From: Spirochaetaceae bacterium
GTDB taxonomy: Bacteria; Spirochaetota; Spirochaetia; DSM-2461
Length of the DNA stretch: 64,000 bases
Direction of reading: 5' to 3'
Assembly (NCBI GenBank): GCA_965224705.1
Contig: OZ245056.1
Location: 960,001 to 1,024,000 of the forward strand
The notes under the pieces were generated by a model, which searched no databases, was not told the DNA's origin, and was given only the letters and a program-made list of their open reading frames with translations. The translations under genes and the position numbers were made by a program. Position 1 is the stretch's first letter. Each line of letters starts with the position of its first letter. Below are positions 10,746-21,406 of the stretch, one piece after another.

Positions 10746-11793
10746 GATAAAGAAGAGCGAATGGCCGGGAAGAATGCATGCCGGGATTCGATCCATTCAA
10801 TGGCCGCTGGCGGCACTGGGCATTATTTTGCTTTTCAACCTTATTTTTACCCGGGGCTTTTTTGAAATTTCCATTCACGATGGACGTTTGGTGGGCAGTC
10901 TTATGGACATGCTGAAAAGAGCCTCACCCCGAATCATTATTGCGCTGGGCATGACCCTGGTCATCGCTACGGGAGGGATTGACGTTTCTGTGGGATCTAT
11001 CGCAGCGATTGCCGGATCGCTGGCCGTTCTGGTTATTCGAGGCGGTGATATTACATATCTTCAGGACACGGGCATTTCCACCGCATCTCTTGCCCTTGTT
11101 ATCATAGTTGCGCTTTCAGCCGGTGCTCTTTGCGGTCTGTTTAACGGTGTCCTGGTGTCAATAGTGAAAATTCAACCCATAGTAGCGACGCTAATCCTGA
11201 TGGTTACCGGTCGAGGCATGGCCATGCTGTTCACGGGGGGGTATGTGCTGAATTTCAAGCATTCGGTGTATCAGACATTGGGGACGGGCAGCCTTTGGGG
11301 ACTTCCCATTCCCCTGCTTCTCGCCATTCTTGTTTTTGTCCTCCTGGGCACAGCAACCCGGCGCACGCCTCTTGGCCTTTTCATACAGGCGACTGGGGGA
11401 AACTCCACGGCCAGCTACTACGCGGGAACGAATACAACGCTTGTAAAAATTCTGGCTTATGTTATCAGCGGTGTCTGCGCCGCCCTGGCCGGGGTTATTT
11501 TCACAGCCGATGTGCAAAGCGCAGATGCGGCGTTCATTGGGCTCTGGGTTGAACTGGATGCCATCCTGGCGGTGGTAATCGGCGGAACCATTATGACCGG
11601 CGGACGCTTGAACCTCGGCGGAACAGTCGTTGGTGCACTCATTATTCAACTTCTGATCACCACCCTGCTAACCCGCGCGGTTCCGGTTCAGTACACACTG
11701 GTTCTGCAGGCTATTGTGGTTATTGCCGTTCTCATCTTGCAGTCTCCAAAAGTCAAGAATCTCCAATTTAAACGAAAGGTAGAAAACCGATGA
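10735..11793 (+). CDS. ytfT: Sugar ABC transporter permease
   Basis: GMTLVIATGGIDVSVG, ELDAILAVVIGGT. Confidence 0.8.
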   Translation: MSDKIKKSEWPGRMHAGIRSIQWPLAALGIILLFNLIFTRGFFEISIHDGRLVGSLMDMLKRASPRIIIALGMTLVIATGGIDVSVGSIAAIAGSLAVLVIRGGDITYLQDTGISTASLALVIIVALSAGALCGLFNGVLVSIVKIQPIVATLILMVTGRGMAMLFTGGYVLNFKHSVYQTLGTGSLWGLPIPLLLAILVFVLLGTATRRTPLGLFIQATGGNSTASYYAGTNTTLVKILAYVISGVCAALAGVIFTADVQSADAAFIGLWVELDAILAVVIGGTIMTGGRLNLGGTVVGALIIQLLITTLLTRAVPVQYTLVLQAIVVIAVLILQSPKVKNLQFKRKVENR

Positions 11794-12833
11794 GCAACTC
11801 CGTTCCATCCAGTATCCCGACAGATGAAGGCAAATCCTCCCCTACAATCGACAATCCTGCACCCATAAAAGAATCATCCTTTTTCAGACGCAATCTAACA
11901 ACCATCGCGCCCGCCGCTGTTTTCGCTGCGTTCTTCATTCTCGGCGGCGTTTTTTTCCGCAACTTCTTTACCTTGCGCGTTCTGTTCAATCTTCTGACCA
12001 ACAATGCGTTTCTTGGCCTGGCAGCCGTTGGCATGACTGTGGTGATTATTTCCGGAGGCATTGATCTCTCCGTGGGGGCGGTTATCTCCACAGGTGCCAT
12101 GATCATTGCGATTCTGGACCGGGCGGGCATAGGCCCGGCGGTGGCGGTACCAGCGGCCATGCTGTTCGCAACGGGGATGGGGTTTCTGATGGGATGTATG
12201 GTTCAGTATTTTCAAGCACCTCCGTTCATTGTTACTTTGTCCGGAATGTTCCTGGCTCGTGGTATCGGTTATGTACTGAGTCTTTCGTCCATACCCATTG
12301 ACGGGAAACTGTATCATGTTATTTCTCAAGCCGGTTTGCGATTCGGCGGCGGTGCCCGGTTCACGGTTCCGGCCATGATGTTCATTTTCATGGTCATCGT
12401 CACGTGGGTTTTACTGAAACACACCCGATTCGGTCGGGCCGTTTATGCAATAGGGGGGAACGAATCTTCCGCGTACCTTATGGGACTTCCCGTGGCCCGG
12501 ACCAAGATTCTAATCTATACGTTCAGCGGATTCTGCTCCGGCATTGGTTCCCTGGCTTATGTGTTCTTTACCCTTTCCGGTTACGGACTTGCGGCCATCG
12601 GGCTGGAATTGCAGGCCATCGCATCCGTGGTGATCGGAGGAACCTTGCTCTCCGGAGGATTCGGCTCTATTTTCGGGACACTTATCGGTGTGGGCATCCG
12701 GGGAACGATACAGACATTTATCACCTTCCAGGGAAAGCTGAATGTCTACTGGACACCGATCTTCATCGGAACGCTTCTCTTCATTTTCATTCTTCTGCAA
12801 AAAGCATTCGCGGCAGGGGCCAAAAAGCGCTGA
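11790..12833 (+). CDS. yjfF: Sugar ABC transporter permease
   Basis: GMTVVIISGGIDLSVG, ELQAIASVVIGGTLLSGG; fourth gene of a ytfQRT-yjfF-like operon. Confidence 0.8.
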   Translation: MSNSVPSSIPTDEGKSSPTIDNPAPIKESSFFRRNLTTIAPAAVFAAFFILGGVFFRNFFTLRVLFNLLTNNAFLGLAAVGMTVVIISGGIDLSVGAVISTGAMIIAILDRAGIGPAVAVPAAMLFATGMGFLMGCMVQYFQAPPFIVTLSGMFLARGIGYVLSLSSIPIDGKLYHVISQAGLRFGGGARFTVPAMMFIFMVIVTWVLLKHTRFGRAVYAIGGNESSAYLMGLPVARTKILIYTFSGFCSGIGSLAYVFFTLSGYGLAAIGLELQAIASVVIGGTLLSGGFGSIFGTLIGVGIRGTIQTFITFQGKLNVYWTPIFIGTLLFIFILLQKAFAAGAKKR

Positions 12834-12852
12834 TGCCGGGACTGTGTGTTAG

Positions 12853-13006
12853 GAGTCTGTCGGACTTACGCCTCACGGCTCGATTTTTGCCCTTTTTACC
12901 TGCTGCTACATTGCCAAAATACTCACTTAGGCCCAGCTACTCTCCGTTTTTGTCGCCTTGCATCAGGAAGAAATCATCAAAAATCGCCTCAAAGTCTGAC
13001 AGACTC
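12853..13006. mobile_element. MITE family A (reverse orientation)
   Basis: TIR GAGTCTGTCGGACTT...AAGTCTGACAGACTC; flanks TTAG/CTAG. Confidence 0.85.
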
Positions 13007-13033
13007 CTAGATTTGAGAAGTCTCATTCATTAT

Positions 13034-13708
13034 TCAACCGTAATTTGTAGCTTTCTGGAATAATTGTAACTGCTTTGCTCCTTCCTTCTTTTCAGCCTGT
13101 GAATGATTTGAGTAGGTTGACCATGTCGGCGAATACTTTTCGGATTGATTCCCCCAGACATCCCATCCCGGCACAGGGCCTCTTGCAAACAGTTCCAAAA
13201 ATGGGCCCCAACTGCATTTTTCTATTAGCTCATATTGCTCGTCAGGTTTTCTGCTGTGCTCACGTTTCTGGGTAGAAATCATATTTTCCTGTGATCTTCC
13301 AGGCTGCAGCGTCCTTGCATTTTTTCCTTTTACACCAAAGAGCAGTATCTCCGTTACATTGCGGAAATAAAAGCCGACACCCCGCCTGTCAGGCCCGCCG
13401 TCTTTCCTTATTTTATACCAAATGAGATTCGATTTATAGGAAAATCCCCAGCGAGACAACACTTCTAATCCATCTGGCAGCAGTGCGTTCGGCACCCACA
13501 AATAAAGGTGCGCCGTTTCTTCGGTTATCTCTTTTACGGGCAAACTGCAAATATCATCCAATTTCATGGTTGAGTATCGATTCAATCGTTTATGTTCTGG
13601 AGCCATTTTCCCGGTACGGTTATTGAATTGCCACGGCGGATCTGCCAAAATACACGAGTATTTTTTCCCATTGACATGGGCCAATAGGTCATCGCATGGA
13701 TTAAGCAT
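13034..13708 (-). CDS. MT-A70 family N6-adenine DNA methyltransferase
   Basis: ADPPW, HLYLWVPN, HSRKP and LELFARG motifs; SD AGGAGG; overlaps the upstream endonuclease stop. Confidence 0.92.
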   Translation of the reverse strand: MLNPCDDLLAHVNGKKYSCILADPPWQFNNRTGKMAPEHKRLNRYSTMKLDDICSLPVKEITEETAHLYLWVPNALLPDGLEVLSRWGFSYKSNLIWYKIRKDGGPDRRGVGFYFRNVTEILLFGVKGKNARTLQPGRSQENMISTQKREHSRKPDEQYELIEKCSWGPFLELFARGPVPGWDVWGNQSEKYSPTWSTYSNHSQAEKKEGAKQLQLFQKATNYG

Positions 13709-14223
13709 CGGATTCCTCCTCATAAGTTTTTTTCGTGATTCCAATTACCAAAATCGGACAGCCAGCGCCGCTTCCGCCTTCAATCCTGGGAAGTAATCTG
13801 CTCATGTGAGTTGTCGAAGCACCGTAAGAAGAACCTCGGCCTAACGCATCAAAAATATTCTGCAATTCGTCACTTCTTGTTATTATGACACCAACACTTA
13901 TCGCCCTTAAATCAAATAATAAACGGAAATTATTTAAATCTCTGTCATAAAATGGATCTTTGTTATTCCATTCAATCTCTAAAGCAACTCTATTTTTATA
14001 GCAATCTATTTTATGCGTGGGAGACTCCATTTTATGCTCATCGACCACGACTTCTGTTTTGAATTCTTTTTCGGCCCACCCCTTTGAGTACAAAAAGCTG
14101 TCGATTGATTCAGAAATTTTTGATTTTCTTCCCCCTGGAGTGGTAATCCAGGATTTTTTTGACTGAAAATTCGATAGAACATCAATCACATCTTTCCACA
14201 TCATTGGGAAAATCCTGTTTAAG

Positions 14224-14384
14224 GAGTCTGTCGGACTTTAAGACTTCGAGGCGATTTTTGATGATTTTTTCCTGATGCAAGGCGACAAAAACGGAGCGTA
14301 GCTGGGCTACGTGAGTATTTTGGCAACACAGCAGCAGGTAAAAAGGGCAAAAATCGAGCCGTGAGGCGTAAGTCCGACAGACTC
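14224..14384. mobile_element. MITE family A, 161 bp
   Basis: TIR GAGTCTGTCGGACTT/AAGTCCGACAGACTC; TSD TAAG once the adjacent IS is removed. Confidence 0.9.
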
Positions 14385-14387
14385 TAA

Positions 14388-16072
14388 CCCCTATTTCTCA
14401 CCAAGACCTTGAGACAAAGCAGGCTTCCCATGCTAAAATATTTACATGAAAAAAAATAACAAACAAAAAGAAGCCCGCTTTGCTAATACAGAGTGTAAAG
14501 CCCATCAGCTCGAATTGCAAGGGATGGAAATCGGAAAATCCCGCAAAATTATTGTAAAGAATGACGGCAAGGTCAACAGTTCCGATGCCGGATTTCTTCT
14601 CCTCCAGCAGGTTGAGCAGAAGCACAGAATTATTGAAAAGCTGTCAGATTTTTTCACCGATAAAAGAGATCAGGAAAAAATTACACATAGCCTGGCTACT
14701 CTTCTGAAACAGAGAATCTTCGGAATCTGTCAGGGCTATGAAGATCTCAATGATCATGAACAATTGCGCGAAGATCCACTGCTTCAATATATATGAGGGC
14801 GGGATGATAAAACGCCAGTTGCCGGAAAGAGCACCCTGAACAGATTGGAACTCGGTCATGAGCTGGATGAAAAAACCAGGGACCGGTACAGCAAAATCAC
14901 CTGGGATGCCAGGGGGATTGAAGAGCTTCTCTGTCAACTGTTTCTTGAGAGTTTCGAGGAGCCGCCGGAAACCCTGATTCTGGATTTTGATGCCACCGAC
15001 ATTCCCATCCACGGCGAGCAGCAGCAGCGGTTTTTTCACGGATATTACGATCACTACTGCTACCTTCCGCTCTACGTGTTCTGTGATGATTTTCCCCTGA
15101 TCGCCCGGCTGCGGCCGTCCAGCCTGGATGCCTGTGAGGGTACCGAAGAGATTCTGGTCAAGCTGGTTCGCGCGATCAGGGCCAAATTTCCTGATGTTCG
15201 TATCATTTTTCGTGGAGACTCGGGCTTCTGCCGTGAGAGTATCCTGAAACAGTGTGAGATATTGAAAGTCAGATATATCACCGGTATGGCAGGAAATACG
15301 AGGCTGCTGAAGAAGATTGATCCGCAGATGGTTGAGGCTGAAAAGCTCTTCGGTAAAAGCAAAGAAGCCGAACGTGTTTTTACCCGTTTTTCCTGGAAGA
15401 CCGAAAGCAGTTGGAGTCGCAATCGGGATGTCATTGCCAGGGTGGAACATCTGCCGGGCAAGAAAAATCCCCGCTTTATTGTGACGGACATTTCTGCTGA
15501 AGAAGGGGATGCCCAATCGCTGTATGAAGATGTCTACTGTGCACGCGGCGATATGGAGAATCGCATCAAAGAACAGCAGCTTTATCTGTTTGCCGACCGC
15601 ACCTCCACCTGGTGGATGAGTTCGAATCAGCTTCGATTGTATTTCTCGACAATCGCCTATATTTTCTTTGTCCATCTTCGAAGAACAATTCTGCAGGTCA
15701 GCGGTGATGAAACTCGAAGCATGTCCTCTACAATCCGATTAAGGATGCTTAAAGTTTCGGCCGCTGTAAAGATTACGGTTCGCCGAGTCTGGATCAGTCT
15801 TCCGGAGAGTTTTCCCTGGTGGGACATCTGGATACGAACATCCCGGGCCATCTGAGCGGTAATAAAAACAGTTGATAGTTCTCATCTGGATTCCCTGGGG
15901 AAGCTGTGCACCGAGGGTTGAAAAAATGCAAAAAAAATCAGAAGAAATCGACTTAAATTGGACGGAAATAACAAGGATCAATCAACTGGAAACTTTTTGT
16001 TTGATATATTAGCGGAGAGAACAGAAATTCTCCAGGATTTTTATGCAATTTTATGTTGGTGAGAAATAGGGG
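14388..16072 (+). mobile_element. IS1380 family element, 1685 bp (copy 1)
   Basis: TIR CCCCTATTTCTCACCAA/TTGGTGAGAAATAGGGG; 4-bp TSD CTAA. Confidence 0.93.
14446..15855 (+). pseudogene. IS1380 transposase with a nonsense mutation
   Basis: TGA at 14794-14796 where copy 2 has TGT (Cys); otherwise near-identical. Confidence 0.9.
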
Positions 16073-16280
16073 CTAAGGATGGCGCAAGCGTGTTTCCACT
16101 CGTAAACCTCGAATTTATCACGTATTTTACTCGGTAAGAGTTCCAGTGCCATGATTTCTCCAAAAGGCGGCTTTCAGTGTATCATGTTATGGTCGTCAGG
16201 ACAAGGAGAACTGGAGTATTAGTATGCTCTTTTTACACATAGCGTTCCGCTATTATGCGACGTTCTCTCCGCCAAGGCCG

Positions 16281-16502
16281 CTAGCGGTCCACCCGCGCCC
16301 CCCCTCCGGACACAAGCTTTTCCACCTCCGCAAGGGAAGCCGTGGAAGTGTCCCCGGAAGTTGTCATCGCCAGAGCACCATGGGCGGCCCCGTAGTTCAC
16401 ACAGTCCTGGGGCGGCCTCCCCGTCAGAAAACCATAGATCAAGCCGGAGGCAAAGGAATCGCCGCCGCCCACCCGGTCGAGGATCTCAAGGTTTTCCCAT
16501 CC
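16281..16502 (-). pseudogene. Duplicated 3' end of the kdgK-like sugar kinase gene
   Basis: 222-bp direct repeat of 27632-27853 with identical translation. Confidence 0.9.
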
Positions 16503-16569
16503 GGGGCTTAAGCCAGAACTCATCTTTGGCCCGCATACGGCGCCTAAAAAAGTCGCATACCTATAAGAG

Positions 16570-16705
16570 AGTGTCTAAGCGATAGCGAAGAAAAGCCGCC
16601 ATGGAGGGCGGCGGAAGCGAACGTAGGCGGCCCGGAAGAAGCATGCAGGAGGCTTGCTTCTGGAGGGGGGAAGGGCAAAAATCGAGCCGTGAGGCCTAAA
16701 TCCGA
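16570..16705. mobile_element. Degenerate long-form MITE A remnant
   Basis: Similar to 37655-37785 (gcgatagcga.gaaaagccgcca...gggcaaaaatcgagccgtgaggc). Confidence 0.65.
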
Positions 16706-16904
16706 AGTCAAAAAGTATGACGATCTTTTTCATACTTACTCTTTCGTGCGTTTACATCATTTTACTATATATTCGGGCAAAAAGTCATCCCAAGCACTTT
16801 TTTTCATCAACAAGTAGTCACAGAATATCGAGACACAAAAGCTGCGGGATATCCCTTACAAGAACCGTCGGGCCTGCATTTGTTCCATTTTTTGTCAAGC
16901 AATG

Positions 16905-17960
16905 TTATGCTGGATTCTCCCAGACGCTTTTTATGTGAACCGTATTGCCAGTTTCGACGGATAGTTTAAGTGCCTCAATTACTTCCATTACCTTCAATCC
17001 ATTCAATCCCGAGACTATGGGAGATGCTTCCCCTCTTATTACCGCAGCAAAATGCTCCAACTGTGCAATGAGTGGATCTTGAATTTTTTTCATAAATATT
17101 TCAGAGCTGATTGGTTTATACCAATGACGTTCGTCGGTATAGTGCCACAGACGGTTGTTGGGAAGCTCTATAGAGCCATCAGTTCCCCCAATCATACAAT
17201 AGAGCTGATCCGTTTTGGGATAACTGGGATTATCACCCGCGGTTAATTCCCAACTCCACGGAGAGGGAATGGTATCGGACATATTGATGGTGCAGAGTGC
17301 GGAATTTTTGAATTTCGCGATTATTACGGCGGTGTCTTCCACCTCAAAGCTCCTTGTGGCATTGCTGGCATACGCGTGGAGATAGTCAATATCGCCTATG
17401 AAGTATAGCAGCAGATCAATATCGTGCGATAGGTTTATGTTGATGGGACCCGCCCCAGATAGTCGCCGCCATTGATTTTCAAAGTAGCTTTCATCTTTAT
17501 GAAGCCAGAAATGAGTGTGTACCGACACGATCTTTCCTATGCGTCCATTTTCTATCTGTTCTTTTGTCGCTTGCACTACGTTGTTAAATCTTCTAAAGTA
17601 CCCTGTTAGTACTGGAACGTGATTTTTGTCTGCCAGAGCAATAAAATTCCGGGTCTCCTGGATGTTGGTTGCCAGGGGTTTTTCAACCAGCACGGGTATT
17701 CCCTTCCGTACACAGGGCATGGCATGTGTTATGTGAAGCTCGTTGGGTGTCGCAATAATTACTCCGTCCGGGCTTACAGTATCTATCATTTTTTCTATGT
17801 CGTTGAAAAAGGGAATGTCATACCTTTCTGCCGTTTGCTTGCCTTTTTCAGAAACATCTACCACTGCCGCTACATCAACGGAAATAGCCTTCATTGCACT
17901 TTCTATATGACGAACCCCAATAAGACCTGCCCCAACTACGGCAATTTTCGTTTCCTTCAT
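16905..17960 (-). CDS. Gfo/Idh/MocA family oxidoreductase
   Basis: GAGLIG, VLVEKP, HDIDL motifs. Confidence 0.9.
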   Translation of the reverse strand: MKETKIAVVGAGLIGVRHIESAMKAISVDVAAVVDVSEKGKQTAERYDIPFFNDIEKMIDTVSPDGVIIATPNELHITHAMPCVRKGIPVLVEKPLATNIQETRNFIALADKNHVPVLTGYFRRFNNVVQATKEQIENGRIGKIVSVHTHFWLHKDESYFENQWRRLSGAGPININLSHDIDLLLYFIGDIDYLHAYASNATRSFEVEDTAVIIAKFKNSALCTINMSDTIPSPWSWELTAGDNPSYPKTDQLYCMIGGTDGSIELPNNRLWHYTDERHWYKPISSEIFMKKIQDPLIAQLEHFAAVIRGEASPIVSGLNGLKVMEVIEALKLSVETGNTVHIKSVWENPA

Positions 17961-18017
17961 TGTTTTCCTTTTTTAGAATCTGTGTGCATTGTCACGGCTT
18001 CATATCCATAAGTGAAT

Positions 18018-19793
18018 TCAATCCGTTGTAGAATGAGACACTTTCTCATCGGGTGAGTAAATATCCAGAATATTCCAATGCCCGGTTGTAGGTGTGGGGT
18101 TATTCTTCATAGGAACATCAATGACTGTGGATTTTTCGCTCGCCAGCGCATTGATCAACGCCGTCTTAAATTCACTTGCCTCTGTTATTCTTATTCCCTC
18201 AATACCGTAGGCTTTTGCGATATCAGCATAGTTTGTATCAGAACGCCTGTTTGTCTGTGCATGCTCAAACAGGGTACCGTACGTTATTCCATAGTGGGCC
18301 TTCTGCAAGCCGGCGATGGTCCCAAAGGCATTGTTGTTCATAACAATCCAGATCACCTGAATATCCAGTTCGCGCGCAGTAGATAATACCGCAGGATTTT
18401 GTCCGAACCCGCCATCTCCAACCATCGATACAACAAGCTTTGATGGAGCTGCCAACTTTGCACCAATTGCCGCCGGAGGACCAAAGCCCATGGTAGCGCA
18501 TCCTCCCGGCGTCAATATGCTGTTTGGGGTAAGGATGTCAAACTGCTGTCCTATCCCATTTTTGTTCCAGCCAACATCGGTAGTTATTATCGCGTCGTCC
18601 GGAAGAACCGCCCTTGTATCCGCGAGAATACGCTCCGGCATCATGGGAAAGCTGGCACTCTCCGTCTCTGCTTGTATACTTTGCTTAAACTCGCGCTTGA
18701 AGTTCTCTATTCTTTCTGCCGCCGCTTCATTTTTCAGTCCCGATGGATATCTCTCCTTGAATATCTTATTGATCAAGGTCAAAGATAGTTTCAAGTCTCC
18801 AATGGCACCGATATGCGCGGGATAGTTTCTCCCTATTTCACTTGCCTCTATATCTATGTGAATGAGTTTCGTGGAATAGGGAATATTGAAGGTGTATCCG
18901 TTTTCCCATGAACTACAATCCGCCTCCTTAAATCTAGTGCCTAAGGCAAATACATAATCCGCGTTGAGGCATGATTGATTCACTAAAGAGGTTCCCCAAA
19001 ATCCAGTCATCCCCATGGCAAAGGGATGAGTATCCGGAATACACCCTTTGCCCATCAAGCTGTAGGCGACGGGAGTATTTGTATGGTTCACAAATTCTTC
19101 CAACTCATGCGATGCCTTTGCCAAAAGGACGCCGCCGCCAGCATAAATGACAGGACACTTTGCCCGGGCAAGGGTCTCTACAATCTCTTCTGCTATTTCA
19201 TAGGATATGCACGGTTTTGATAGCTGTTTTGCTCCCGTCAAACGTTCAAAGAGCTGTGGGTTAATCTCTGTGGAGAAAACATTCATCGGAACATTGACGA
19301 GTACTGGACCCTGCTGTCCGCTCTCGGCTAACAGGAATGCCTTTTCTATGATTTCGGGAAACAGCTCCGCACTCTCTACACGCCATGCGCGTTTTACAAA
19401 TGGCTTGTATATCTCATACTGAGAGGCGTCGGCATGGAGGTTCACCTCTTGGTGAGCATGTTTTCCGTAGTAGTGGGTGGGGATATCCCCCGCGATTACC
19501 ACCATCGGAATACAGTCAAGAGCGGCATTCAGTACCCCTGTAGTGCCGTTTGAGAGCCCCGGAGTGAGATGAGACAGAAAAACGGCCGCCCTACTGCTTA
19601 CTCTTGCGTAGGCATCTGCCGCATGTGCCGCGATCTGTTCGTGCCGGACTGTTATGAATTCTATGGAAGAATCATGGAGTGCGGATAACACCGCGATGTT
19701 GGTGTGCCCGCATAAACCAAATACATGCCGCACCTTTCGCTCTTCAAGATACTTCACTAAAAGCTGTGCTACTGTGTTTTTTCTCTCTTGCAC
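18018..19793 (-). CDS. Thiamine diphosphate-dependent enzyme (acetolactate synthase-like)
   Basis: VRHEQ, MGFGPPAAIGA, GDGGF...NN ThDP motif. Confidence 0.9.
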   Translation of the reverse strand: MQERKNTVAQLLVKYLEERKVRHVFGLCGHTNIAVLSALHDSSIEFITVRHEQIAAHAADAYARVSSRAAVFLSHLTPGLSNGTTGVLNAALDCIPMVVIAGDIPTHYYGKHAHQEVNLHADASQYEIYKPFVKRAWRVESAELFPEIIEKAFLLAESGQQGPVLVNVPMNVFSTEINPQLFERLTGAKQLSKPCISYEIAEEIVETLARAKCPVIYAGGGVLLAKASHELEEFVNHTNTPVAYSLMGKGCIPDTHPFAMGMTGFWGTSLVNQSCLNADYVFALGTRFKEADCSSWENGYTFNIPYSTKLIHIDIEASEIGRNYPAHIGAIGDLKLSLTLINKIFKERYPSGLKNEAAAERIENFKREFKQSIQAETESASFPMMPERILADTRAVLPDDAIITTDVGWNKNGIGQQFDILTPNSILTPGGCATMGFGPPAAIGAKLAAPSKLVVSMVGDGGFGQNPAVLSTARELDIQVIWIVMNNNAFGTIAGLQKAHYGITYGTLFEHAQTNRRSDTNYADIAKAYGIEGIRITEASEFKTALINALASEKSTVIDVPMKNNPTPTTGHWNILDIYSPDEKVSHSTTD

Positions 19794-19927
19794 CTATTTC
19801 CCCTTTTTATTATCAGAGCGTCTCTAAAAAAAAATCCCACCGTGGATTTTTTAGAGACGAAAAACCCGGACTAAAGTAAGGCTTTTCGTCCCAAAATGCG
19901 GGTGCGTCCATGCACCCACGGGCAGCT

Positions 19928-21376
19928 CTAAACGTTTTTAGAGCTGCCTTCAATTTTTTTGTTGTAGAACTCACCAAACAGCTCTTTTTCATCAGGCCGA
20001 TCTTCTTCAATAGGGACGCTAACCCATGTGTACTGTAAATAGTGTTTCAGGCTTACATTTTCATTAGTGATGTTTCCACCCCATATTCCGCAACCCAGAG
20101 AGGAGGTCATCGGCATACCGTTGTTCCATGCCCCCGCATTTGCCTTTGATTGCGGCTGCCTTACCATCATACGACTTACAGGAGCGGCGTTCGCAAGGGC
20201 ATCTATATTCTTCTGATTGTGTGAATATATGCCGCATGAATGCCCCTTCCCCGCGGCATCGTAGATTTTTTGCACAATCTCAAGCGCTCCCGCAAAATTT
20301 TCAAAATGATAGAGCGCCATAAGCGTAGTGAGTTTTTCGGTAGAGAACTTGTGCTCTTTTCCGATTTTGCCCTGATTCTCCACCATCAGAAACTGAACGT
20401 CCCTCGGAATATTAAAACCCGCGTGCTCCGCGATTTGCTGAGGGGGGCAGGCTATGGTTTCAAATGTTCTGCTGCCCTCTTCATTCCACATCGCTTTTTG
20501 CACCAACTGCTTCTCTTCATCAGAGCAGAGATATCCCCCCTCATTTTTCAAGGCCGCAACCATATCATCATAGATAGATCTATCAATAACGATGTTTCCA
20601 TCTGCCGAACAACCAGAACCGAAATCGGAAGTTTTGCTTATTCTCGTGTTTCTTGCGGCAATGGCAATGTCCGCGGTATCGTCAATGACCATTGTGGAGT
20701 TTCCCGCTCCTACACCATACGCGGGTTTTCCAGAGCTGTAAGCGGATTGCACCATCGGTCTTCCGCCAGTTGCAAGTGTTAAATCACATTGCGCCATCAA
20801 TTCTTTCGTAATAGGAATAGACGGTTTCTCTATCACTTGGAAGAGATCTGCTGGCGCGCCAGCGGCAATACATGCGGAACGCAATACTTCCACCATTTGA
20901 GCAGTCGTTTTTTTCGTTCTCGGATGTGGAGAGAAAATGACTGCGTCTTTCGCCTTCGCGGCGTAGAGAGCGGTAACGGGAGGGGTTAACGCGGGATTGG
21001 TCATAGGAATCAAAGAGGCAATTACCCCTGCTGGTTTTGCGTACTTTGCAATGCCTTTCCGTACATCTTCTTCCACCTTGCCCACGCTCTTCTGTCTGAG
21101 CGCGTCTCTCAACACACCATGTATTTTGAACCGCTTGGCAGGACGTCCATTTCTATCCCCTATGCCGCTTTCATCCACACCTAATCGGGCCAGGCGGGTA
21201 AAGGTATCCTCATTTGCGGAATACCACGCAATGGCTTGGCATACCCTGTCCACCTGCGATTGATTCCAGTGGGCGATTTCTTCCATAGCCTTTTTTGCCC
21301 TGGCTATCTTTTCCTCCACCAGATCCTTCTGCTCGGGGCTAAGGATGTATTTTTTGCCGTTTTTTACTGTCTGCAC
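19928..21376 (-). CDS. CoA-acylating aldehyde dehydrogenase (sulfoacetaldehyde dehydrogenase SauS-like)
   Basis: PMTNP, SPHP, ATGGRPMV.SAYSSGKPAYGVGAGN, LGCGIWGGNITNEN. Confidence 0.75.
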   Translation of the reverse strand: MQTVKNGKKYILSPEQKDLVEEKIARAKKAMEEIAHWNQSQVDRVCQAIAWYSANEDTFTRLARLGVDESGIGDRNGRPAKRFKIHGVLRDALRQKSVGKVEEDVRKGIAKYAKPAGVIASLIPMTNPALTPPVTALYAAKAKDAVIFSPHPRTKKTTAQMVEVLRSACIAAGAPADLFQVIEKPSIPITKELMAQCDLTLATGGRPMVQSAYSSGKPAYGVGAGNSTMVIDDTADIAIAARNTRISKTSDFGSGCSADGNIVIDRSIYDDMVAALKNEGGYLCSDEEKQLVQKAMWNEEGSRTFETIACPPQQIAEHAGFNIPRDVQFLMVENQGKIGKEHKFSTEKLTTLMALYHFENFAGALEIVQKIYDAAGKGHSCGIYSHNQKNIDALANAAPVSRMMVRQPQSKANAGAWNNGMPMTSSLGCGIWGGNITNENVSLKHYLQYTWVSVPIEEDRPDEKELFGEFYNKKIEGSSKNV

Positions 21377-21406
21377 TTTTCCTCCTGAATTGTAAGTACT
21401 TCTGTG

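Larger units (their letters stand above)
13701..16152 (-). pseudogene. BglII/BstYI-like type II restriction endonuclease, disrupted by MITE, IS1380 and a frameshift
   Basis: N-terminus MALELLPSKIRDKFEVYEWKHACAIL at 16152-16076. It continues KQDFP near 14219, then after a +1 shift WKDVIDVL...THKIDCYKNRVALEIEWNNKDPFYDRDL. Confidence 0.8.

Noticed and set aside
14644..15675. 343-aa minus-strand ORF (also 46273..47304)
   Set aside because: Antisense shadow of the IS1380 transposase.
19819..19950. Hairpins between the ThDP enzyme and aldehyde dehydrogenase genes (cgtctctaaaaa...tttttagagacg; ggcagctctaaa..tttagagctgcc)
   Set aside because: They resemble MITE-B ends or a terminator, but there is no TSD or second copy to support a call.
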